Below are positions 10,928 to 18,123 of a stretch of DNA of 64,000 nt, piece by piece. Source of the stretch: Vulcanimicrobiota bacterium (GTDB taxonomy: Bacteria > Vulcanimicrobiota > Vulcanimicrobiia > Vulcanimicrobiales > Vulcanimicrobiaceae); the NCBI GenBank assembly GCA_963767635.1, contig CAVYEM010000001.1, positions 81,818 to 145,817 of the forward strand, given 5' to 3'. The notes beneath the pieces were generated by a model. It worked only from the letters and a program-made list of their open reading frames with translations. It had not been told where the DNA came from and did not search any database. The position numbers were made by a program, and so were the translations under genes. The first letter of the stretch is position 1, and each line of letters begins with the position of its first letter.

Positions 10928-11397
10928 CAAAACACGTACAGCAAAAGAGGAAATGTGTTGAAGACCATCATCGAAGCAATCGTAGAATTTTTTGGATCGC
11001 TTCTGGGGATTCGAAGCGTAATCGATCGACCTCTGCGCAGGTCGTCAGACTCGCGATCACAAGGATGAGTAGTAGTTCCGAGTTTGAGGGAGATACTACG
11101 TGGACTGTGGGACCTAATCGAGGGTCTCTGGAATGAAGAACGCGTCCTCGCTCGTAACGCGGAGCCGCCACTTAATCGCGTTCCGACGGCCGATGGACTG
11201 AGTTATCGAAGATAACTATCGCCGGCGTCTGCCACGTCGGATAGAGCGTACCGCAATGTCCTCTCACTGCTGTCGTTTTGCGGTACTTTGCGAACGTCGC
11301 CTCAATGAGGTTATCTCCGGGGGTGCGAGACGGACGCTCAGAGGTCGAAAAATGCGTCTCCCGCGTCCTCCCGGCCCCTTTCATTGTCGCCAAACGG

Positions 11398-11426
11398 TTG
11401 ACAGCAGTTCGAAAGCTGCATAACCT
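11398..11426 (+). promoter_or_regulatory. Sigma70-type promoter candidate for the XRE/ImmA pair.
   Basis: TTGACA (11398-11403), a 17-nt spacer gcagttcgaaagctgca, and TAACCT (11421-11426). The ATG of the XRE gene is only ~11 nt downstream, so the transcript would be nearly leaderless. Confidence 0.4.
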
Positions 11427-11436
11427 ACGGGACAGC

Positions 11437-11771
11437 ATGAAAACTCTTGGTGAGCGAATTCGGGAGTAAGGGAGCAAAAGGACATTTCGCTCCGTGAACT
11501 CGCTAGGGTCATTGGCACGTCGGCAGCGTTTCTTTCCGACGTAGAACTTGGCCGAAGGCACCCCTCACCGCCGGTGCTCAAGGATTTAGCGAAGCGGTTA
11601 GGGACGACCGACAAGGATCTTGAGCAGTTCGACCGACGGCCGCCTATAAAGGATCTGCAACGTCGAGCTGCCATCAATCCCGCGTACGGCGTTCTCCTTC
11701 GAAGAGTTCTCGAGGACGACGATCCTGAAGCCGTGATTAACTGGCTTGAGAAACGTCGCAAGAAATCATGA
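11437..11771 (+). CDS. XRE-family HTH transcriptional regulator (ImmR/CapH-like), with a 1-nt frameshift near 11467.
   Basis: MKTLGERIRE is followed, after the shift, by REQKDISLRELARVIGTSAAFLSDVELGRRHPSPPVLKDLAKRLG. That is a canonical HTH_3 domain. ORF 11574-11771 is the downstream part. Confidence 0.75.
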
Positions 11772-12463
11772 GGACACGTAGCATAGCCGACGGGCCATTC
11801 AGGGAGCGGCCGTACTACTCGCTTGATGAAATCGAGCAAATGTGCTGGGATGAACTCCATAAGGCTGGGCTCTATCCAGAAACACCGTCCCGGATTCGTA
11901 TTGATCGCTTTGTTGAAAAGCGGTTTAACGTAAGCATCACTTACGATGATCTACCCAAGGGCCTGCTCGGCTTTACAGAGTTTGGCCCGAAAGGTGTTGT
12001 TGCCGTGGTCGTTTCTAAGACGCTCGATGACGGTTATCAGAGTTCCGAACGCCGAATCCGTACCACACTGGCGCACGAATCTGGCCACGGCCTTCTGCAC
12101 ACCTATCTCTTGGCGCTTGGCGCTGAGACGCGGTCAATGTTTGAGGGTGCCGTCGATGATCGTCACCGGCTATTATGTCGCGAGGACGCGTCTTCGAACT
12201 GGAAGCCTGGCAAGTACGACGGCAAATGGTGGGAGCATCAGGCTAATCTTGCAATGAGCTCGTTGCTATTACCGCGCGGGCTCGTGGATCTCGCGCTTGA
12301 TCGGATGTTGAACTCGAGCGGTTCGCTTGGTGTTAAGACCGTTGCAAGCGACCGCCGCAACGACGCGGTGAATACGTTAGCAGGCGTATTCGATGTAAAT
12401 CCAGTGGTCGCTCGGATTCGGCTCGACGCCCTCTACCCGGAGAGCGCGCAGTTGACGCTCTAA
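11768..12463 (+). CDS. ImmA/IrrE-family (COG2856-type) zinc metallopeptidase.
   Basis: HExxH motif LAHESGHGLLH. There is a 4-nt start/stop overlap with the XRE gene, which is the classic HTH-plus-metallopeptidase pairing. Confidence 0.85.
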   Translation: MRTRSIADGPFRERPYYSLDEIEQMCWDELHKAGLYPETPSRIRIDRFVEKRFNVSITYDDLPKGLLGFTEFGPKGVVAVVVSKTLDDGYQSSERRIRTTLAHESGHGLLHTYLLALGAETRSMFEGAVDDRHRLLCREDASSNWKPGKYDGKWWEHQANLAMSSLLLPRGLVDLALDRMLNSSGSLGVKTVASDRRNDAVNTLAGVFDVNPVVARIRLDALYPESAQLTL

Positions 12464-12500
12464 AATTTTTTCGCTATACTGTAAGCTGACGGAAGCTTAC
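12452..12500 (+). promoter_or_regulatory. Strong sigma70-type promoter plus a downstream inverted repeat (operator candidate) for the Ubl operon.
   Basis: TTGACG (12452-12457, inside the last immA codons), a 17-nt spacer, and TATACT (12475-12480). A perfect 7-bp inverted repeat follows immediately: gtaagct-gacgga-agcttac (12481-12500). Confidence 0.5.
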
Positions 12501-12598
12501 GATGTTGCCCGCGTGCGGCGTGATGGACCGGCTGATTCAACGGGTCTTTGCTTGTCGCCACAACTACCTGTAACGCCACCCCTGTAAAGGAGTAAAGC

Positions 12599-12867
12599 AT
12601 GTCTGAAGAACCCCATGTCCTCGGCGTCTCAGTAATTACCCCGAAGGGGCTGTATCCGAACAATGAGGACTATCGCCGGGTCCATTCCAACGAGAAGATT
12701 CAGGCTCTCCTCGATTTAGTGAAGGAAGAGCAAAAGATTACCAATACCGATGGCTGGGTCGTTACGGTTGGCGAACGGGACGTCAACCCGGCCAAGACGT
12801 TCAAGAAGAAGACTTGAAGTGCGTGGTCGACATGGAATGGCACAAAGGCGAGGGTGGCGGTGGCTAG
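12599..12867 (+). CDS. Ubiquitin-like beta-grasp protein (BilA-like). It is ~89 aa after correcting a 1-nt frameshift near 12800, and it ends in GEGGGG.
   Basis: The SD aaggag lies 6 nt upstream of ATG 12599. The annotated frame stops at 12817 (..FKKKT*). The adjacent frame reads QEEDLKCVVDMEWHKGEGGGG* with its stop at 12865-12867, overlapping the next gene's start. Confidence 0.6.
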
Positions 12868-13315
12868 TGAAGCGATCGCGCGCCCGCTCTTCGAGCAAGA
12901 CGTAGGTCACCTCACGGAGGCAGCAGCGAAAGTAATGGGCGTAGTCGTAAATGCAAGAGAGTGGCCTGTGTTTGACGTCACGATCTTGCACAAGACGCCC
13001 GTGCGGCTCCGCTTCACGTGTAAGGAGTGGGACGCATTACCGCCGTCGATTGCATTCCTAAATCCGGACGGGAGTCCTTACACGGGCAATGTGCCGCCGG
13101 GTAACATTTTCAATAAGAACTTAGGGGACGTTTTCATCTGCATGCCGGGATCTCGCGAGTATGAGACCGTTGGGAACCATCACGCCGATGACTGGGAGAA
13201 CTATCGTGGCAAAGACGATATGACGATCCTCGGAATTTTTCAAAAGCTCGTCGCGCATGGCTTAGAGGGATTTGAAACTCCGTTGCCCGCGCGCGGTGCT
13301 GCATTGCACGATTGA
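12854..13315 (+). CDS. E2-like (UBC-fold) ubiquitin-conjugating enzyme homolog (BilB-like).
   Basis: Size, operon position, and the arrangement FLNPDG...GDVFICMPGSREY (an HPN-like motif followed by a candidate catalytic Cys). The call rests on context and pattern, not on a strong motif. Confidence 0.5.
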   Translation: MAVASEAIARPLFEQDVGHLTEAAAKVMGVVVNAREWPVFDVTILHKTPVRLRFTCKEWDALPPSIAFLNPDGSPYTGNVPPGNIFNKNLGDVFICMPGSREYETVGNHHADDWENYRGKDDMTILGIFQKLVAHGLEGFETPLPARGAALHD

Positions 13316-13736
13316 GCTGATGCAGGAAGCTGGGCGGTCCGAAATGGAGCGCGTGGTTTTTTGGCTTGCGCACAGCCCGACCGACCTCGGTCTTATTGTT
13401 CAGGCCTATTCGCCTCAACAAACGGCGGCGTTTGATTTCTTTCACATTCCGAAAGAGGCAATGCGAGCGCTGATGCAGCACCTTCGCAAAGGACACCTCT
13501 CGTTGGTTGCGCAGGTGCATTCGCATCCGCTAGAGGCTTTCCACTCTCGGGCCGACGATCGCGAAGCGATCGTGCGTCACGAGGGTGCCCTCTCGATTGT
13601 CGCGCCTCATTTTGCACTATCGTTGACCGCCCAGTCTTTTAAAGATGAGTGTGCGTTCTTTGTGCTAACGAAGGAAGATAATTGGAGAGCGATTCCTGCT
13701 AGCGATCGTGATTCGTTTTTCGAGGTTTTGGCATGA
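13272..13736 (+). CDS. JAB/MPN (JAMM) metalloprotease (BilC-like deconjugating or maturation peptidase).
   Basis: The JAMM signature is present: conserved Glu (SEMERVVFWL) and then QVHSHPLEAFHSRADD (HxH...SxxD). Confidence 0.85.
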   Translation: MKLRCPRAVLHCTIELMQEAGRSEMERVVFWLAHSPTDLGLIVQAYSPQQTAAFDFFHIPKEAMRALMQHLRKGHLSLVAQVHSHPLEAFHSRADDREAIVRHEGALSIVAPHFALSLTAQSFKDECAFFVLTKEDNWRAIPASDRDSFFEVLA

Positions 13737-15100
13737 ACGCGCAGCGCGAGAACCGCCTGATGGTCGCGCATCTCTTAGGAATTGCTGAGGAAGATGCTTC
13801 AACTCGTCTTGCAGCGACGGTAGCAATAACGACCGATGGCTCGTCGGAAATAGCGTATGAGTTTACTGAAATCATTGGAAGAACGTTGACCGTTGTAACT
13901 GATGGTCGGGCCGACGTCGAGGTCGTGTTTAGCTCCGAATCATCGTCTCGATCCGAAACACGATTCTTTGTATCTTTAGATGCCGACGGTCTTGTAGTAT
14001 CGCGGGAAGGCCCATCTGTGATAGAGCCGTGCCACCCGTTACTTGCTGCGATCGCGTCTTGTTACGTCGCAGGAGTTGTTGTCTCGGCTGCGGTGGGAAT
14101 TCATATGGGACAACCCTCACCATTCCGCGTCGACTTCAAGAAACTTGGTATTTCGGCCGATATGCTGCAGAAACGTCCATTTCTAGAGGACGCTGCGCTC
14201 GCTGGGGCGGGAGCGGTCGGTAATGGATTTCTTCGGGCCTTGCGGCATATCGACGTGCATGGGTCGCTCGCAGTTGTCGATCCCAAAAAAGTCTCAGATG
14301 GCAATACCAACCGATGCCTTTATTTTACGGATGAAAGCATAAGGAACGAGAAGGCTGAGGAGCTTTCGCAACGAGCGCAGGCCGACTTCAAAAATCTGAA
14401 ATTGATGTCGTATGTTGGGGATTTTCAGACTATGTTGAGAGTAGGGATCCGAAACGGGTGCGACGGGTCTTTGTGGGAACTGACAGCCGTCGGGTTCGTC
14501 GCCGTATTCAGGAAGAGCATCCCCTTGAGGTGATCGACGCCTCTACAAGCGATGCTTCGGAAATAATTGTCCATTCTCACCGCTACCCTACGCCGTATGC
14601 GTGTCTTGGATGTATCTATAAGCACACACCGGTCGAAGATAGTCGTGAGCTGGAAATTTCTGCCGCACTGGGCTTAACCGTTGATGATGTTCGCAAGGAC
14701 CGAATCGATGCTGAAATGGCTGAGAAGATCCTCAACAAGTATCCTCACCTCACCATCGAAGACATCGTTGGTACGGCATGCGATAGTCTGTTCCGTAGCC
14801 TATGCAGCGAAATGGCATTGCAGCTTCCGGGTCAGGAGCAGGTTCTCAGCTCCCTTTGCTTTCGTTTCAGCCCTTGCTGGGTGCTTGATGGTCGTCGAGT
14901 TGTTGAGATTTGAGAGTCGTGATTTCCAATTCAACTACTTCTTCACCGACCCATGGATGCCGCCGCATTTAGAAACACGCATTAGGAGGCTGAAGGCTCA
15001 GAATTGCATGTTCTGTTCTCGGCCGGCGAACTTCGAGGTAATGGACGCGCTTTGGGCGGACATCCTAGGCCGTCTGATGTTGAATGAGGGTACTTCTTGA
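13733..15100 (+). CDS. E1-like ThiF/MoeB-family adenylating enzyme (BilD-like), with frameshifts near 14429 and 14850.
   Basis: GAGAVGNG (GxGxxG), VVDPKKVSDGNTNRCLYF (DxxxVxxxNxxR), two CxxC pairs (CLGC and CMFC), and SAPFAFVSALAGCLMVVELLRF. The pieces are ORFs 13733-14533, 14458-14913 and 14681-15100. Confidence 0.8.
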
Positions 15101-15218
15101 CGTAGCGCGCGCGGCGCTACAATGGTTTTCTGCGCCGTTTGCTGCACGCAGGAGCCCCAGACCCACCAGCCGTTCGACGTTCGATCGACGGGTGGCAGTC
15201 ATCCGGCGATTCGGAGCC

Positions 15219-15452
15219 ATGACGACCGACCCGCCGCCGATGCATTGGGCTCCGTGCCATGCGAACACAATCAAATACTTCAAGGCGTCGCTGACCTGCA
15301 GCAATGGACACTCAATGACATTACGCGGGCACAGCGTTTCTGCAGCCGGAATTGTCCGACCCAGTGTAGTGTGTCCCGCCATAGGCTGCGATTTTCACGA
15401 CTATGTACGTCTCGATGAATGGAGTTTTGGTGATGTCGCCGCTCGGAGGTAG
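15219..15452 (+). CDS. Hypothetical 77-aa Cys/His-rich (zinc-ribbon-like?) protein downstream of the E1 gene.
   Basis: The ATG at 15219 opens MTTDPPPMHWAPCHANTIKYFKASLTCSNGHSMTLRGHSVSAAGIVRPSVVCPAIGCDFHDY. A TTGACG/TACAAT promoter-like element lies at 15097-15123. Coding status is uncertain. Confidence 0.25.
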   Translation: MTTDPPPMHWAPCHANTIKYFKASLTCSNGHSMTLRGHSVSAAGIVRPSVVCPAIGCDFHDYVRLDEWSFGDVAARR

Positions 15453-16515
15453 ACCCGAATGGCCTGAACGCTCGTTTCGCGTCGGCAGAAAGAAGCGTCA
15501 ACGATGCCTTCTTGGGGATTCAGAAAGAGCGGGTGGACGCTGTCGAGCTTAAAGCGTGCGGCGCCGCTATTGGTAAACGGATACCCAACGCTCGTGCTCC
15601 ACTTTGAGCGATGAAACGACTTCGGCAATGAGATTGTCGTCGATAGACTCCTGGATTGCCGTTGCCGAATGGGTTCTTTGTTCGGAGTGCGCCGTACCGG
15701 CCCAGCAACGTCGGCATATTCCCGAAACTGAAGATCGTTGTGATACTGAATATCTGGATGGAATGATTCGTGGCGATACCGATGTTGTGAGTCTGCGGCG
15801 CCGGAAGATGAGGTGAATAAGCGCGCGGCCAACACGCCCGTTGCCGTCGATGAAGGGGTGGATCGTTTCGAACTGGGCATGCGCGATCGCGGCTTGCGCT
15901 ACCGTCGGCAGCGAGGAATCGTTGCAAAATGCGCATAGATCATCGAGAAGCGGATCGACCATTTCCCACGGTGGGGAACGAAGGATGCAGAGCACGGATC
16001 GTAACTGCTGCCACCGATCCAATTCTGTTGCGTGCGGTCTGTCCGCCGTGCTCTTTGAGCATTGGTGGTTCGAGCAGACGTCGATGCGTTTCGCGAAGGA
16101 GCGCAGGCGTGATCGAACTACCCCTGTTTCCCGCTTGTATTGCATAAGCCATCGCATCAATATTTGCGAGCACTTCGGCCGCGGTTGCATCGCCTGAATC
16201 GTTGCCTTGTTGCCGCGCAGCGTCGGCTAATAGCAGCCGACGAGGGTCGACTACAAAGCCTTCGATATGGGACGAAACAACCGATTCCGCACGCAACAAG
16301 AGGCGAGCCAGCGCTTCCACGTCGGCCAGCACGGTTGCCGTTCGATCGAGGTCCAAGATGGTGTGCTCGGCATCGGCAACGTCAGCCGCTTCCTCGCCGC
16401 CGATTGAAAGGTGGGTTTGGCCAGACCCATCGGGGATATAGACCGAGTAGGGGCTGCCTTGGTCATGCCGGGGGTACTCCCGTTCCGCGGGTAGGCCGCC
16501 AGCGGCCCAAGCCAA
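15401..16515 (-). pseudogene. Fic/DOC-family protein, with at least four frameshifts. The 3' end is uncertain.
   Basis: The Fic_N region is LLLRAESVVSSHIEGF. RTQQNWIGGSSYDPCSASFVP lies in a third frame. The intact core motif HPFIDGNGRVGRALIHLI is in ORF 15567-16190. Confidence 0.8.
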
Positions 16516-16587
16516 AGAATCCGGTTATTAAATCCGTTCGGACGTCAAAGAACCTTTTAATGTTCTAGAGGCTACCGTTGGAGTACA

Positions 16588-17145
16588 ATGGGAGCCATGG
16601 ACAAAGAAGAAGCCGATGTCCGAAGAACTGCAGCGGTCCGAATGCTAGAGAAGGCGGCGGCAACCTACGCAAGTCACCCTGTGGACTTCGTTGCCTACTT
16701 GCGGACGGTGCAGCAAAAGTATCCGGATGTCGCGATAGTCGCCGAGATCAAGTCGCTGGTAGACAGTTCCGAGCGCCACGAGGAGGCTTTGGGAAAGGTC
16801 CGTTCTTTGCTAAAGAGCGCCTCAGAGGTGACCGAGCGACTACGTGTCGAGGTGAATGCGACCACTGAGCGGGCGCTTGCGGAACGCCGACGTCGCCGTC
16901 GGCTGCAAATAGAGATTCGTCCGACGGAAGAGCATATAGTCGCGCGATTGATGGAAGCATTCAGCACAAACGAATCCGATGCAGGGCGGCAGATGCTGCA
17001 GATCGTTGGGCGTCTCGATAGATCTCGTCGACCGTGGTTTCATAATCGCGGCCCACCCCGCGACAGACGAGACTGCTGTAGATGCGCTACCCGACCTCAC
17101 CCGCGCGATGCGTCGCGACGTCTACCAATACCGCCATCTCGTTGA
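16588..17145 (+). CDS. Hypothetical protein. The C-terminal Arg-rich tail is probably not real.
   Basis: The ORF has a plausible helical N-terminal ~130 aa. I recognise no family. Confidence 0.3.
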   Translation: MGAMDKEEADVRRTAAVRMLEKAAATYASHPVDFVAYLRTVQQKYPDVAIVAEIKSLVDSSERHEEALGKVRSLLKSASEVTERLRVEVNATTERALAERRRRRRLQIEIRPTEEHIVARLMEAFSTNESDAGRQMLQIVGRLDRSRRPWFHNRGPPRDRRDCCRCATRPHPRDASRRLPIPPSR

Positions 17146-17398
17146 ATTACCCCATCCATGGAGGCGACGACTGTATTTCAAGGGCCGCCGTCTTACGGTG
17201 TCACAAGTGATCGATCAGATGCGAGCGAATGGATGGAGCGTCGATCAGACGGCGGACGAGTTCGATCTTACCTCCGCTGCCATTGCCGAAGCGCTTGAAT
17301 ATGCTGTGCGGAATGAGTCCTTGCTGAGGGAAGAAGCAGCGGAAGAGCGGCGCCGCGCGCGAATGGGTGCCACGCAACGTGCGTCTGCTGCTGGATGA
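17108..17398 (+). CDS. DUF433-domain putative antitoxin.
   Basis: RRLYFKGRRLTVSQVIDQMRANGWSVDQTADEFDLTSAAIAEALEYA matches the DUF433 pattern. The start is uncertain (the ORF opens at 16979). Confidence 0.6.
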   Translation: MRRDVYQYRHLVELPHPWRRRLYFKGRRLTVSQVIDQMRANGWSVDQTADEFDLTSAAIAEALEYAVRNESLLREEAAEERRRARMGATQRASAAG

Positions 17399-17741
17399 AT
17401 GCTGCGCACACAAGGCGCTTGTCAGCGAACTAAAAGCGCGCAACTATGATGTGGCTCGAAGCATCGATCTTGTTGGTGAAGGCGCGACCGATCCGATGGT
17501 TTTCGCGTGCGGAATTAGCGAGAATCGAATCCTGATCACTGCGAACTGTGGCGACTTCATCGCGCTCGCGGAAGCGAACGACGAGCATCCCGGCCTGATG
17601 CTGATATATCCAGACGACGGCGGAAATGCCATGCCCACGGCTGCAATAGTGAAGGCTGTAGTGAACGTGCGGCAAAGCTTCGGTGAAGACTTTGCCGCGC
17701 TCCGTGGACAGCGCATTCCGCTGCCGCAGTACGTCTGGTAA
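17367..17741 (+). CDS. DUF5615 PIN-like putative toxin, paired with the DUF433 gene.
   Basis: VRLLLDECC...DPMVFACGISENRILITANCGDF. It overlaps the DUF433 gene end, which is the usual TA-style arrangement. Confidence 0.6.
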   Translation: MPRNVRLLLDECCAHKALVSELKARNYDVARSIDLVGEGATDPMVFACGISENRILITANCGDFIALAEANDEHPGLMLIYPDDGGNAMPTAAIVKAVVNVRQSFGEDFAALRGQRIPLPQYVW

Positions 17742-17924
17742 GGCGCCCGAAGGCTAAAACGGCCGCGAGTCAGGCCGGCGTCGCCGCCAATTGTCTGCAC
17801 GATTCGGTGCGAAGCGCGTTCGGGAGTGCAAACGAAAAAAGGTCGTCGACGCTTAGCAATGGAGGCCAAAGTAGACATACTCCGCAAACTAGGCATGCTC
17901 TTTGGGCCCTTTCACAGTGGGAGG

Positions 17925-17948
17925 GGACAAGGGTCAGGACAAGGGTCA
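17925..17948 (+). repeat. Tandem duplication of the 12-mer ggacaagggtca (x2), upstream of the tRNA.
   Basis: Read directly: ggacaagggtca ggacaagggtca at 17925-17936 and 17937-17948. Confidence 0.9.
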
Positions 17949-18002
17949 AGAGCTGATGAAGGGTGTAGTGCTATGGGAATCCGTCATATAAAATAACGTC
18001 AC

Positions 18003-18078
18003 GGGCGATTAGCTCAGCTGGGAGAGCGCCTCCCTTACAAGGAGGATGTCGGCGGTTCGAGCCCGTCATCGCCCACCA
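18003..18078 (+). tRNA. tRNA-Val (anticodon TAC) with an encoded CCA.
   Basis: GGGCGATTAGCTCAGCTGGGAGAGCGCCTCCCTTACAAGGAGGATGTCGGCGGTTCGAGCCCGTCATCGCCCACCA folds as a cloverleaf. The anticodon loop is CTTACAA and the T-loop is GGTTCGAGCC. Confidence 0.95.
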
Positions 18079-18123
18079 TGTGCGGCGGCGTTGCCTCCGG
18101 CCCCGGCTCCAAGGAACGATTTC

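Noticed and set aside
10928-11397. A search for an att site or tRNA-Val fragment after the integrase and elsewhere in the island.
   Set aside because: I found no convincing copy of the tRNA 3' or 5' segment by eye. The short palindrome agttatc-gaa-gataact (~11200) is too small to interpret. This needs a computational repeat search.
11172-11561. A 129-aa minus-strand ORF divergent from, and overlapping, the XRE gene start.
   Set aside because: It overlaps the well-supported XRE HTH coding region and its promoter on the opposite strand, and it has no motif. A short divergent gene in 11172-11390 cannot be excluded.
15122-15418. An alternative-frame 98-aa ORF starting at the ATG inside the TACAATG box.
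   Set aside because: It competes with the Cys/His ORF at 15219-15452. Its product is Arg/Ser-rich and less protein-like. Neither ORF is proven.
17925-17948. Possible CRISPR or minisatellite.
   Set aside because: There are only two 12-bp units with no spacers. No CRISPR-like repeat-spacer array occurs anywhere in the window.
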